A DNA stretch of 19,979 bases from assembly GCF_003334315.1 (NCBI RefSeq), contig NZ_QOWR01000070.1; one strand, written 5' to 3'. Positions within the stretch are counted from its first letter, which is position 1. Each line of letters opens with the position of its first letter. The notes under the pieces are model-generated. The model was given only the letters and a program-made list of their open reading frames with translations, was not told the origin of the DNA and searched no databases. Source of the stretch: Escherichia coli (GTDB taxonomy: Bacteria; Pseudomonadota; Gammaproteobacteria; Enterobacterales; Enterobacteriaceae). Of this stretch, positions 9,284-19,775 are shown one piece after another. The translations under genes were made by a program, and so were the position numbers.

Positions 9284-9458
9284 GACGCCACCGATAACCG
9301 TTATTTATCAGACCAAAGAAACTGGCATCTACTTTAATGCAGATGATTGTGTCAGGGTAATTTATGAACGGTTAAAACTGTGAAAAATCAGTTAGTGATA
9401 AGTAAAAACTATCGCTACGTGAACCGGGTCACACTTTTTACTGATGACGGGAAAGGTT

Positions 9459-10769
9459 ATGGAGTCTTTGAATCAATTTGTTAATTCGCTTGCCCCAAAA
9501 TTATCGCACTGGCGACGTGATTTTCATCACTATGCAGAGTCTGGCTGGGTGGAATTCCGCACTGCCACCCTTGTTGCGGAAGAATTGCACCAGCTCGGCT
9601 ATTCACTGGCGCTGGGTCGCGAAGTAGTTAATGAAAGTAGCCGGATGGGATTACCTGATGAATTCACTCTACAACGCGAATTCGAGCGCGCTCGTCAACA
9701 GGGTGCGCTAGCACAATGGATTGCGGCTTTTGAAGGTGGTTTCACTGGTATCGTCGCCACCCTGGATACCGGTCGCCCCGGTCCGGTGATGGCTTTCCGT
9801 GTCGATATGGACGCGCTGGATCTCAGTGAAGAGCAGGATGTCAGCCATCGCCCCTACCGCGACGGTTTTGCGTCATGTAACGCCGGAATGATGCATGCCT
9901 GTGGTCATGATGGACATACCGCCATTGGGCTTGGGCTGGCGCATACCCTTAAACAGTTCGAGTCCGGACTACATGGCGTCATCAAACTGATTTTTCAGCC
10001 TGCAGAGGAAGGTACGCGTGGCGCGCGGGCGATGGTCGATGCAGGTGTCGTAGATGATGTTGATTATTTTACTGCCGTGCACATTGGCACTGGCGTACCT
10101 GCGGGCACCGTGGTGTGCGGCAGTGATAATTTTATGGCAACCACCAAATTTGACGCGCACTTCACCGGTACCGCCGCTCACGCAGGCGCAAAACCAGAAG
10201 ACGGTCACAATGCCTTGTTGGCGGCAGCACAAGCCACTCTTGCACTGCATGCAATCGCCCCGCACAGCGAAGGAGCTTCCAGAGTAAACGTGGGCGTTAT
10301 GCAGGCAGGAAGCGGTCGTAACGTTGTTCCTGCCTCGGCGTTGCTGAAAGTGGAAACACGCGGGGCCAGCGACGTCATTAATCAATATGTTTTTGACCGT
10401 GCACAACAAGCGATTCAGGGCGCAGCAACCATGTATGGTGTCGGCGTTGAAACTCGTCTGATGGGTGCAGCTACCGCCAGTTCTCCTTCGCCGCAATGGG
10501 TCGCATGGTTGCAAAGTCAGGCGGCTCAGGTCGCGGGGGTCAATCAGGCCATTGAACGTGTTGAAGCGCCAGCGGGTTCCGAAGATGCCACATTAATGAT
10601 GGCCCGCGTGCAGCAACATCAAGGGCAAGCCTCCTACGTGGTGTTTGGCACACAGCTGGCGGCAGGTCATCACAACGAAAAATTCGATTTTGACGAGCAG
10701 GTTCTCGCTATTGCCGTCGAAACGCTGGCGCGCACCGCGCTCAATTTTCCCTGGACGCGAGGTATCTGA
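9459..10769 (+). CDS. abgA: p-Aminobenzoyl-glutamate hydrolase subunit A, M20 peptidase family (436 aa from internal Met)
   Basis: M20/amidohydrolase metal-binding motifs (..MHACGHDGH..); GGAAAGG Shine-Dalgarno before ATG at 9459; first gene of the abgABT cluster. Confidence 0.9.
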   Translation: MESLNQFVNSLAPKLSHWRRDFHHYAESGWVEFRTATLVAEELHQLGYSLALGREVVNESSRMGLPDEFTLQREFERARQQGALAQWIAAFEGGFTGIVATLDTGRPGPVMAFRVDMDALDLSEEQDVSHRPYRDGFASCNAGMMHACGHDGHTAIGLGLAHTLKQFESGLHGVIKLIFQPAEEGTRGARAMVDAGVVDDVDYFTAVHIGTGVPAGTVVCGSDNFMATTKFDAHFTGTAAHAGAKPEDGHNALLAAAQATLALHAIAPHSEGASRVNVGVMQAGSGRNVVPASALLKVETRGASDVINQYVFDRAQQAIQGAATMYGVGVETRLMGAATASSPSPQWVAWLQSQAAQVAGVNQAIERVEAPAGSEDATLMMARVQQHQGQASYVVFGTQLAAGHHNEKFDFDEQVLAIAVETLARTALNFPWTRGI

Positions 10770-12214
10770 TGCAGGAAATCTATCGTTTTATCGACGATGC
10801 GATTGAAGCCGATCGCCAACGTTATACCGATATTGCCGATCAAATCTGGGATCATCCAGAAACACGTTTTGAAGAGTTCTGGTCAGCGGAGCATCTGGCT
10901 TCGGCGCTGGAATCTGCAGGTTTCACCGTTACCCGCAACGTAGGCAATATCCCAAATGCCTTTATTGCTTCGTTTGGTCAAGGCAAACCGGTTATCGCCC
11001 TGCTGGGAGAATATGACGCCCTGGCAGGTTTAAGTCAGCAAGCAGGTTGCGCGCAACCTACATCCGTGACGCCCGGTGAAAATGGTCACGGTTGCGGACA
11101 CAATTTGCTGGGAACCGCCGCCTTTGCCGCTGCAATAGCCGTCAAGAAATGGCTGGAACAATATGGGCAAGGCGGCACGGTGCGCTTTTATGGTTGTCCT
11201 GGCGAAGAAGGCGGCTCGGGTAAAACGTTCATGGTTCGCGAGGGGGTATTTGATGATGTGGATGCGGCACTCACCTGGCACCCGGAAGCCTTTGCCGGTA
11301 TGTTCAATACCCGCACGCTGGCAAACATTCAGGCATCATGGCGCTTTAAAGGGATCGCAGCACATGCCGCGAATTCCCCTCATTTGGGACGCAGCGCCCT
11401 TGATGCCGTAACGTTGATGACCACTGGCACCAACTTCCTCAACGAACATATTATTGAAAAAGCGCGCGTACACTATGCCATCACAAATAGCGGCGGGATC
11501 TCGCCCAACGTGGTCCAGGCGCAGGCAGAAGTGCTTTATCTTATCCGCGCCCCCGAAATGACCGACGTGCAGCATATTTTTGATCGGGTCGCCAAAATCG
11601 CCGAAGGTGCGGCATTGATGACCGAAACCACGGTTGAATGCCGCTTCGACAAAGCCTGTTCCAGTTATCTCCCGAATCGCACCTTAGAAAATGCCATGTA
11701 CCATGCCCTATCCCATTTTGGTACCCCGGAATGGAACTCCGAAGAACTGGCTTTTGCGAAACAAATTCAGGCTACGCTCACCCCCAACGATCGGCAAAAC
11801 AGTCTGAATAATATCGCAGCAACCGGTGGCGAAAACGGCAAGGCTTTTGCACTACGTCATCGTGAAACGGTACTGGCGAATGAGGTCGCTCCATATGCCG
11901 CCACCGATAACGTGCTTGCGGCATCGACTGATGTCGGCGACGTCAGTTGGAAACTGCCTGTTGCCCAGTGTTTCAGCCCCTGTTTTGCCGTCGGTACACC
12001 GCTACATACGTGGCAACTGGTTAGCCAGGGGCGAACATCTATTGCTCATAAAGGAATGCTGCTGGCGGCGAAAACTATGGCAGCAACCACAGTCAATCTC
12101 TTCATTGATTCAGGGCTATTGCAAGAATGCCAACAAGAGCATCAGCAAGTTACGGACACGCAACCGTATCACTGCCCTATCCCGAAAAACGTGACACCGT
12201 CACCTTTAAAATAA
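10769..12214 (+). CDS. abgB: p-Aminobenzoyl-glutamate hydrolase subunit B, M20 peptidase family (481 aa)
   Basis: M20 family motifs (..GHGCGHNLLG..); start overlaps the abgA stop (TGATG), suggesting translational coupling. Confidence 0.9.
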   Translation: MQEIYRFIDDAIEADRQRYTDIADQIWDHPETRFEEFWSAEHLASALESAGFTVTRNVGNIPNAFIASFGQGKPVIALLGEYDALAGLSQQAGCAQPTSVTPGENGHGCGHNLLGTAAFAAAIAVKKWLEQYGQGGTVRFYGCPGEEGGSGKTFMVREGVFDDVDAALTWHPEAFAGMFNTRTLANIQASWRFKGIAAHAANSPHLGRSALDAVTLMTTGTNFLNEHIIEKARVHYAITNSGGISPNVVQAQAEVLYLIRAPEMTDVQHIFDRVAKIAEGAALMTETTVECRFDKACSSYLPNRTLENAMYHALSHFGTPEWNSEELAFAKQIQATLTPNDRQNSLNNIAATGGENGKAFALRHRETVLANEVAPYAATDNVLAASTDVGDVSWKLPVAQCFSPCFAVGTPLHTWQLVSQGRTSIAHKGMLLAAKTMAATTVNLFIDSGLLQECQQEHQQVTDTQPYHCPIPKNVTPSPLK

Positions 12215-12247
12215 CAACAACGCAAACACAACAACCGAGGAATGCCC

Positions 12248-13774
12248 ATGAGTATGTCATCCATACCGTCGTCCTCCCAATCCGGGAAGCTCTATGGCTG
12301 GGTCGAAAGAATTGGTAACAAGGTTCCCCATCCTTTTTTGCTCTTTATCTATTTGATAATCGTACTCATGGTGACGACGGCAATTTTGTCAGCCTTTGGC
12401 GTCAGTGCGAAAAACCCGACCGATGGTACGCCGGTGGTGGTGAAAAACCTGCTCAGTGTGGAAGGATTACACTGGTTTTTACCCAATGTGATTAAAAACT
12501 TTAGCGGTTTTGCTCCACTTGGAGCGATCCTGGCGCTGGTTTTAGGTGCCGGCCTAGCGGAGCGCGTCGGCTTACTGCCAGCGCTAATGGTTAAAATGGC
12601 ATCGCATGTTAATGCCCGCTACGCCAGTTATATGGTGCTGTTTATTGCTTTTTTCAGCCACATTTCTTCCGATGCGGCGTTAGTGATCATGCCACCGATG
12701 GGTGCGCTGATTTTTCTGGCGGTGGGCAGGCATCCAGTTGCAGGTTTACTGGCTGCCATTGCAGGCGTAGGTTGCGGCTTTACGGCTAATTTACTGATTG
12801 TCACAACCGACGTGTTGCTGTCGGGGATCAGCACGGAAGCGGCGGCTGCGTTCAATCCGCAAATGCACGTCAGTGTAATTGATAACTGGTATTTTATGGC
12901 CAGCTCCGTAGTCGTACTGACGATTGTTGGCGGCTTGATAACCGACAAAATCATCGAGCCACGGTTAGGTCAATGGCAGGGAAACAGCGATGAGAAACTG
13001 CAGACATTGACCGAAAGTCAGCGTTTTGGTTTACGCATAGCAGGTGTCGTATCGCTACTTTTTATTGCTGCGATCGCGCTGATGGTGATCCCGGAAAACG
13101 GGATATTGCGCGATCCGATTAATCACACCGTGATGCCATCACCCTTTATTAAAGGTATCGTGCCACTAATCATTCTTTTTTTCTTTGTGGTTTCGCTGGC
13201 TTATGGCATCGCTACCCGCACAATTCGACGTCAGGCGGATTTACCGCATTTAATGATTGAACCGATGAAAGAGATGGCGGGATTTATCGTGATGGTTTTT
13301 CCCCTAGCCCAGTTTGTCGCCATGTTTAACTGGAGCAACATGGGGAAATTCATCGCCGTGGGGCTGACCGATATACTTGAAAGTTCAGGGCTTAGCGGCA
13401 TCCCGGCGTTTGTCGGTCTGGCGTTGCTTTCCTCTTTCTTATGCATGTTTATTGCCAGCGGTTCCGCAATCTGGTCGATTCTGGCCCCCATTTTCGTACC
13501 AATGTTTATGCTACTTGGCTTTCACCCGGCATTTGCGCAAATCCTCTTTCGTATTGCCGACTCATCCGTATTGCCTTTAGCGCCGGTATCTCCTTTTGTT
13601 CCACTGTTTCTTGGATTCCTGCAACGCTACAAACCAGACGCGAAACTGGGTACTTACTATTCGTTAGTCTTGCCCTATCCGCTTATCTTTTTGGTGGTAT
13701 GGCTGCTGATGTTGCTGGCGTGGTATCTTGTTGGTCTGCCGATAGGTCCGGGGATTTACCCACGTTTGTCTTAA
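12248..13774 (+). CDS. abgT: p-Aminobenzoyl-glutamate transporter AbgT (508 aa from Met at 12248)
   Basis: Polytopic membrane protein of the AbgT family; GAGGA Shine-Dalgarno 6 nt before ATG at 12248. Confidence 0.9.
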   Translation: MSMSSIPSSSQSGKLYGWVERIGNKVPHPFLLFIYLIIVLMVTTAILSAFGVSAKNPTDGTPVVVKNLLSVEGLHWFLPNVIKNFSGFAPLGAILALVLGAGLAERVGLLPALMVKMASHVNARYASYMVLFIAFFSHISSDAALVIMPPMGALIFLAVGRHPVAGLLAAIAGVGCGFTANLLIVTTDVLLSGISTEAAAAFNPQMHVSVIDNWYFMASSVVVLTIVGGLITDKIIEPRLGQWQGNSDEKLQTLTESQRFGLRIAGVVSLLFIAAIALMVIPENGILRDPINHTVMPSPFIKGIVPLIILFFFVVSLAYGIATRTIRRQADLPHLMIEPMKEMAGFIVMVFPLAQFVAMFNWSNMGKFIAVGLTDILESSGLSGIPAFVGLALLSSFLCMFIASGSAIWSILAPIFVPMFMLLGFHPAFAQILFRIADSSVLPLAPVSPFVPLFLGFLQRYKPDAKLGTYYSLVLPYPLIFLVVWLLMLLAWYLVGLPIGPGIYPRLS

Positions 13775-13784
13775 GAGAGAACGG

Positions 13785-14300
13785 ATGCTGAGATTACTTG
13801 AAGAAAAAATTGCCACGCCACTGGGTCCACTGTGGGTGATTTGCGATGAGCAATTTCGCCTGCGGGCGGTTGAATGGGAAGAGTACAGCGAACGCATGGT
13901 GCAGCTGCTGGACATCCATTATCGCAAAGAAGGCTATGAGCGCATTTCTGCCACCAACCCAGGCGGTTTAAGCGACAAGCTTCGTGATTATTTTGCCGGT
14001 AATCTTAGCATTATTGATACGCTTCCCACTGCCACAGGGGGGACGCCATTTCAGCGCGAAGTCTGGAAAACTCTACGCACTATCCCCTGCGGGCAGGTAA
14101 TGCATTACGGCCAACTGGCTGAACAATTGGGCCGCCCTGGCGCGGCGCGTGCCGTTGGTGCGGCAAACGGATCGAATCCCATCAGCATCGTCGTACCTTG
14201 CCATCGGGTTATTGGCCGAAACGGCACCATGACCGGATATGCAGGCGGAGTTCAGCGAAAAGAGTGGTTATTGCGCCACGAAGGTTATCTTTTGCTGTAA
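13785..14300 (+). CDS. ogt: O6-alkylguanine-DNA alkyltransferase Ogt (171 aa)
   Basis: Active-site PCHRV motif ([10 protein letters not shown]); 10 bp downstream of abgT. Confidence 0.92.
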   Translation: MLRLLEEKIATPLGPLWVICDEQFRLRAVEWEEYSERMVQLLDIHYRKEGYERISATNPGGLSDKLRDYFAGNLSIIDTLPTATGGTPFQREVWKTLRTIPCGQVMHYGQLAEQLGRPGAARAVGAANGSNPISIVVPCHRVIGRNGTMTGYAGGVQRKEWLLRHEGYLLL

Positions 14301-14461
14301 ACATTAAACAATTTGTGCCAGCTTGTTCACACTTTTATGTAAAGTTACCCTTAACAACTTAAGGGTTTTCAAATAGATAGACATATATTTACATCTAATA
14401 TCGGAATTCTCTGCTGTTAAGGTTTGCTTAGACTTACTTGCTCCCTAAAAAGATGTTAAAA

Positions 14462-14475
14462 TTGACAAATATCAA
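14462..14475. promoter_or_regulatory. FNR box TTGAC-AAAT-ATCAA in the fnr promoter (autoregulatory site overlapping the transcription start region)
   Basis: Near-perfect FNR consensus palindrome ~20 bp upstream of the fnr start codon; fnr is known to be autoregulated. Confidence 0.7.
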
Positions 14476-14494
14476 TTACGGCTTGAGCAGACCT

Positions 14495-15247
14495 ATGATC
14501 CCGGAAAAGCGAATTATACGGCGCATTCAGTCTGGCGGTTGTGCTATCCATTGCCAGGATTGCAGCATCAGCCAGCTTTGCATCCCGTTCACACTCAACG
14601 AACATGAGCTTGATCAGCTTGATAATATCATTGAGCGGAAGAAGCCTATTCAGAAAGGCCAGACGCTGTTTAAGGCTGGTGATGAACTTAAATCGCTTTA
14701 TGCCATCCGCTCCGGTACGATTAAAAGTTATACCATCACTGAGCAAGGCGACGAGCAAATCACTGGTTTCCATTTAGCAGGCGACCTGGTGGGATTTGAC
14801 GCCATCGGCAGCGGCCATCACCCGAGCTTCGCGCAGGCGCTGGAAACCTCGATGGTATGTGAAATCCCGTTCGAAACGCTGGACGATTTGTCCGGTAAAA
14901 TGCCGAATCTGCGTCAGCAGATGATGCGTCTGATGAGCGGTGAAATCAAAGGCGATCAGGACATGATCCTGCTGTTGTCGAAGAAAAATGCCGAGGAACG
15001 TCTGGCTGCATTCATCTACAACCTGTCCCGTCGTTTTGCCCAACGCGGCTTCTCCCCTCGTGAATTCCGCCTGACGATGACTCGTGGCGATATCGGTAAC
15101 TATCTGGGCCTGACGGTAGAAACCATCAGCCGTCTGCTGGGTCGCTTCCAGAAAAGCGGCATGCTGGCAGTCAAAGGTAAATACATCACCATCGAAAATA
15201 ACGATGCGCTGGCCCAGCTTGCTGGTCATACGCGTAACGTTGCCTGA
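14495..15247 (+). CDS. fnr: Fumarate/nitrate reduction global regulator FNR (250 aa from Met at 14495)
   Basis: N-terminal Cys cluster for the [4Fe-4S] centre (..[16 protein letters not shown]..), CRP-family fold, C-terminal helix-turn-helix (..[19 protein letters not shown]..). Confidence 0.95.
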
Positions 15248-15398
15248 TTTTTCCGCATAACTCACTATCCTTCTGTCATATCATTAAATTTTTCTGATTT
15301 ATTGATCTGGCAGAAGGTTCATCACTGTTTCATTCACCAGATATGGGTTAATCTTTTAATTACAAACTGCGTTGACAGTTGTTGTAAGGAGACCCTGT

Positions 15399-16349
15399 AT
15401 GGCTATGTATCAGAACATGCTCGTTGTTATCGATCCTAACCAGGACGACCAACCAGCATTGCGGCGAGCTGTTTATTTACATCAACGGATTGGTGGCAAA
15501 ATTAAAGCCTTTTTGCCGATCTATGACTTCTCATACGAAATGACCACCCTGCTCTCCCCGGACGAACGTACCGCTATGCGTCAGGGCGTCATCAGCCAGC
15601 GTACAGCCTGGATCCACGAGCAGGCAAAATATTATCTCAATGCTGGCGTTCCCATTGAAATTAAAGTGGTCTGGCATAACCGTCCTTTCGAAGCCATCAT
15701 TCAGGAAGTGATCAGCGGCGGACACGATTTGGTGCTAAAAATGGCGCACCAACATGACCGTCTGGAAGCGGTGATTTTTACGCCAACGGACTGGCATCTG
15801 TTACGCAAATGCCCAAGCCCGGTGTGGATGGTGAAAGACCAGCCGTGGCCGGAAGGAGGCAAGGCGCTGGTGGCGGTGAATCTCGCCAGTGAAGAGCCGT
15901 ATCATAATGCGCTCAATGAAAAACTGGTCAAAGAGACGATCGAACTGGCAGAACAAGTCAACCATACCGAAGTTCATCTGGTTGGCGCTTATCCGGTAAC
16001 GCCAATTAATATCGCGATTGAACTGCCGGAATTTGACCCGAGCGTTTATAACGATGCCATTCGTGGGCAACATTTGCTGGCAATGAAAGCCCTGCGGCAG
16101 AAATTCGGCATTAATGAAAACATGACGCACGTAGAAAAAGGTCTGCCAGAAGAGGTGATTCCTGATTTGGCGGAGCACTTACAGGCGGGGATTGTGGTTC
16201 TGGGCACGGTAGGACGCACCGGTATTTCAGCAGCATTCCTCGGCAACACGGCGGAACAGGTGATTGATCATCTTCGCTGCGACCTGCTGGTCATTAAACC
16301 TGACCAGTATCAGACACCCGTTGAACTGGATGACGAAGAAGACGATTAA
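15399..16349 (+). CDS. uspE: Tandem-domain universal stress protein UspE (316 aa from Met at 15399)
   Basis: Two Usp domains; N-terminus [25 protein letters not shown].. matches K-12 UspE from memory. Confidence 0.9.
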   Translation: MAMYQNMLVVIDPNQDDQPALRRAVYLHQRIGGKIKAFLPIYDFSYEMTTLLSPDERTAMRQGVISQRTAWIHEQAKYYLNAGVPIEIKVVWHNRPFEAIIQEVISGGHDLVLKMAHQHDRLEAVIFTPTDWHLLRKCPSPVWMVKDQPWPEGGKALVAVNLASEEPYHNALNEKLVKETIELAEQVNHTEVHLVGAYPVTPINIAIELPEFDPSVYNDAIRGQHLLAMKALRQKFGINENMTHVEKGLPEEVIPDLAEHLQAGIVVLGTVGRTGISAAFLGNTAEQVIDHLRCDLLVIKPDQYQTPVELDDEEDD

Positions 16350-16370
16350 CGACTCTTCAATAACTGACAA

Positions 16371-16396
16371 GGCCCGAGTTATCGGGCCTATTTTTT
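16371..16396 (+). terminator. Rho-independent terminator downstream of uspE (GGCCCGA-GTTA-TCGGGCC plus T-run); overlaps the end of convergent ynaJ
   Basis: 7-bp GC-rich stem, 4-nt loop, followed by TATTTTTT. Confidence 0.6.
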
Positions 16397-16398
16397 AC

Positions 16399-16656
16399 TT
16401 ACTGCTCTTCGCCGCCAAGGAAATAAATTCCCAACGGGATTGCCAGCAACACAGTAAAGACCAGGCTATAAACAAAAATCATCGATGACTGAATCACATA
16501 CATTGATGTCGTCCACTCAGACAGCGGAATATTGTACTGTTCTATAACGCCGCCGATGGTCGCGCGAGTCACAACCGACGCCGCAATAATGAAAACCGCC
16601 AACAAACCAAAGAGAAATTTCTTCCCTTTCGCTGACTTCAGTTTCGCCATAATCAT
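16399..16656 (-). CDS. ynaJ: Small inner-membrane protein YnaJ (DUF2534), 85 aa
   Basis: 85-aa ORF with two predicted transmembrane helices; position between uspE and ynaI as in K-12. Confidence 0.8.
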   Translation of the reverse strand: MIMAKLKSAKGKKFLFGLLAVFIIAASVVTRATIGGVIEQYNIPLSEWTTSMYVIQSSMIFVYSLVFTVLLAIPLGIYFLGGEEQ

Positions 16657-16899
16657 GATGTAATCCTTGTGCAGACAAATTTCTTGTTACCTAAACGTAA
16701 CAATACCATGACATTTCACCGTTGTCTGCTCTGAAAACCTCACCTCTTAGCTGGATTTACAATCAACGCATTGATTAGTTAGCTAATGTTGCTACTTCCT
16801 TCCCTGACTATTGATGATCTGAATGAATTGTCGCGGTAAAATAGCCCCGCCAGGGGTTTCCGGCATGACGACAATTATCTGGAGGAGCCTGATAAAACA

Positions 16900-17931
16900 A
16901 TGATCGCTGAACTGTTTACAAATAATGCGCTTAATCTGGTCATTATTTTCGGTAGCTGCGCAGCATTGATTCTGATGAGCTTTTGGTTTCGCCGTGGAAA
17001 TCGTAAAAGAAAAGGATTTTTATTCCATGCGGTGCAATTTTTAATCTACACCATAATTATCAGTGCTGTTGGTAGCATTATTAATTATGTTATAGAAAAC
17101 TATAAACTCAAATTTATCACCCCAGGCGTTATCGATTTTATCTGTACGTCCCTGATTGCGGTTATTCTGACGATTAAGCTATTTCTGCTGATTAATCAGT
17201 TTGAAAAACAGCAGATTAAAAAAGGTCGCGATATCACCAGTGCGCGGATTATGTCGCGTATCATCAAAATCACCATTATTGTGGTGCTTGTTCTGCTTTA
17301 TGGCGAACATTTCGGCATGAGCCTTTCTGGCTTGCTGACCTTTGGTGGTATTGGTGGTCTGGCTGTCGGTATGGCCGGTAAAGATATTCTGAGTAATTTC
17401 TTTTCCGGGATTATGCTCTATTTCGACCGTCCTTTCAGTATTGGCGACTGGATCCGTTCACCGGACAGAAATATCGAAGGTACAGTAGCGGAAATTGGCT
17501 GGCGAATTACCAAAATTACGACCTTTGATAATCGTCCATTGTACGTACCGAACTCGCTGTTTTCGTCGATCAGCGTAGAAAACCCAGGACGAATGACCAA
17601 CCGCCGCATTACCACGACCATTGGTTTACGTTATGAGGATGCGGCAAAAGTGGGCGTTATTGTCGAAGCTGTACGTGAGATGCTGAAAAATCACCCGGCC
17701 ATCGACCAGCGACAAACCTTACTGGTTTATTTCAACCAGTTTGCTGACTCTTCATTGAATATTATGGTTTATTGCTTTACCAAAACCACGGTATGGGCTG
17801 AATGGCTTGCTGCACAGCAAGACGTTTATTTGAAGATTATCGATATTGTACAGTCACACGGCGCGGACTTTGCCTTCCCCAGCCAGACGCTGTATATGGA
17901 TAACATTACACCGCCGGAACAGGGTCGCTAA
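16900..17931 (+). CDS. ynaI: MscS-family mechanosensitive channel YnaI (343 aa)
   Basis: N-terminal transmembrane helices followed by an MscS-like pore and beta domain (..[22 protein letters not shown]..); 343 aa. Confidence 0.88.
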
Positions 17932-17981
17932 ATCAGACATCACTGGCGTTATGCACAAGGGTAACGCCAGTTCCCATCACA

Positions 17982-19595
17982 TCAATGCTTCACAATATAC
18001 ATAGTCCGACTGTACGCCACATCTTCAGGATTATTAATGGGATAACCTTTCAGCCACGGCTTGATTAATCGTCCATTGGTATATTGATAAATTGGTGCAA
18101 TCGGTGCTTGCTCCATGAGGATTTTTTCTGCCGCGTTGTAATCGGCATTACGCGCTTTAACGGTATTTTCCGTCGATGCCTGGGCCAGAACTTTGTCATA
18201 TGCCGGATTGTTAAAGCGTGAAATATTTCCTGAATGCGTTGACGTTAATAATGTCAGGAAAGTGGAGGGTTCATTATAATCCCCCACCCACGAGGCGCGG
18301 ATAACATCAAAATTGCCGGTGTTACGGCTATCGATATAGGTTTTCCATTCCTGATTTTGCAATTTAACATCTACGCCAAGGTTCTTTTTCCACATCGATG
18401 CTACAGCAATCGCAATTTTTTGATGGTTTTCTGAAGTGTTATACAAAAGCGTCAGCTTCAGCGGTTTTTGCGGACCATAACCAGCTGCGCTCAACAAAGT
18501 TTTTGCCTGCGCATTCAGTTCTTCCTGACTCATTTGTTCAAACGGCGAAGGTTCCGGCGTAAATCCCGCGGTAACATCTGGTGTAAAATGCCACGCTGGC
18601 TTTTCGCCCGTCCCTAATACTTTTTCGGTCATCAGGCGGCGATCTATCGTCATACTTAATGCCAGACGAACGCGCTGATCTGCCGTCGGCCCTTTTTGCG
18701 TGTTAAACGCATAATAATAGGTCCCGAGCTGCGGCGGCGTATAAACCTGCCCCGGAATATCCTTCAACAGCTTCTGATACATATTTTTCGGGAAGGATTC
18801 GGTGATATCAATATCCCCCGCGAGGTAACGCTTAGTGGCTGCGGATTCCTGATTAATTGGCAGGAAGGTCACTTTTTGCAGTACCGTTTTGGCGTTATCC
18901 CAATAATGGGTATTCGGTACCACGACCAGTTTTTCATTGACTACGCGCTCTTTAAGAACATAAGCGCCATTGCCGATCAGATTTCCGGGTTTCGTCCACT
19001 CTTTACCGCTTTCTACGTTGGCTTTTTGCACCGGGAAGAAGGCAAAGTTAGCGGTTAAATTCACAAACCACGGCAACGGTTTATCAAGCTGAATTTTCAA
19101 AGTATGGGCATCAACTGCGGTGACGCCAAGCTGGTCAGGCGTAGCTTTACCATCAATAATCGCCTGTGCGTTGTTGATTCCCGCCAGCGCGGCAAACCAT
19201 GCAAATGGCGACAATGTTTTTGGGTCCACCAGACGTTGCCAGCTGTAGACAAAATCTTGCGCCGTTACCGGTGTGCCATCCGCCCATTTTGCGTTATCGC
19301 GCAGGGTAAAAGTCCAGATACGGTTGTCATTACTTTTCCACTGAGTCGCAACGCCGGGGACAATCTCCCCTTTTTCGTTCTGATTCACCAGTCCTTCAAA
19401 CAGATCGCGAATGACCTGAATCTCTGGCAGGCCCACGGCTTTAGCGGGATCCAGCGACGCAGGCTCATCTTTAATGTGGCGCACCAGCTCCTGCTTCTCT
19501 GCCAGTACTGTGCCGCTCGGAACTTCTGCAGCATACGAAAGAGAAATGCTGCTGACCAACAGCGCACAACACGTGACTGAAACAGAGTGCTTCAT
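17982..19595 (-). CDS. mppA: Periplasmic murein tripeptide-binding protein MppA (537 aa from Met at 19595), OppA paralogue
   Basis: Signal peptide (MKHSVSVTCCALLVSSISLSYA), SBP family 5 fold; N-terminus matches K-12 MppA from memory. Confidence 0.9.
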   Translation of the reverse strand: MKHSVSVTCCALLVSSISLSYAAEVPSGTVLAEKQELVRHIKDEPASLDPAKAVGLPEIQVIRDLFEGLVNQNEKGEIVPGVATQWKSNDNRIWTFTLRDNAKWADGTPVTAQDFVYSWQRLVDPKTLSPFAWFAALAGINNAQAIIDGKATPDQLGVTAVDAHTLKIQLDKPLPWFVNLTANFAFFPVQKANVESGKEWTKPGNLIGNGAYVLKERVVNEKLVVVPNTHYWDNAKTVLQKVTFLPINQESAATKRYLAGDIDITESFPKNMYQKLLKDIPGQVYTPPQLGTYYYAFNTQKGPTADQRVRLALSMTIDRRLMTEKVLGTGEKPAWHFTPDVTAGFTPEPSPFEQMSQEELNAQAKTLLSAAGYGPQKPLKLTLLYNTSENHQKIAIAVASMWKKNLGVDVKLQNQEWKTYIDSRNTGNFDVIRASWVGDYNEPSTFLTLLTSTHSGNISRFNNPAYDKVLAQASTENTVKARNADYNAAEKILMEQAPIAPIYQYTNGRLIKPWLKGYPINNPEDVAYSRTMYIVKH

Positions 19596-19775
19596 AAGTT
19601 TCCCTCTAACCGACATTAAAATTGATGCGTAATTATTTGTTTCGCCTTAAAGAAATGCAAACAACTTCCATCAAAAAAGTGACAAAGGAAGCATCAAATG
19701 TTTTAAGTATCAATATATCAAATCAGATTTAGTGTAAATAATAGTCTCCAAAATGCGGTAAAGCACATAGAACTC

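Noticed and set aside
9969-12318. ORFs 9969..10514(-), 10054..10287(+), 10670..10855(-), 11030..11281(-), 11163..11411(+), 11336..11575(-), 11826..12194(+), 12127..12318(+)
   Set aside because: All embedded in abgA or abgB in other frames or on the opposite strand; long GC-rich genes routinely yield such open frames.
12628-13915. ORFs 12628..12954(-), 13231..13491(-), 13377..13580(+), 13441..13791(+), 13664..13915(-)
   Set aside because: Within abgT or the abgT-ogt junction in non-coding frames.
14456-15265. ORFs 14456..14773(-), 14541..14777(+), 14774..15265(-)
   Set aside because: Antisense or alternative frame of fnr.
15531-16488. ORFs 15531..15725(-), 15801..16178(-), 16046..16249(-), 16264..16488(+)
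   Set aside because: Antisense to uspE, or spanning the uspE terminator and ynaJ.
17418-19580. ORFs 17418..17621(-), 18696..19058(+), 19104..19580(+), 19385..19567(-)
   Set aside because: Antisense to ynaI or antisense/alternative frame of mppA.
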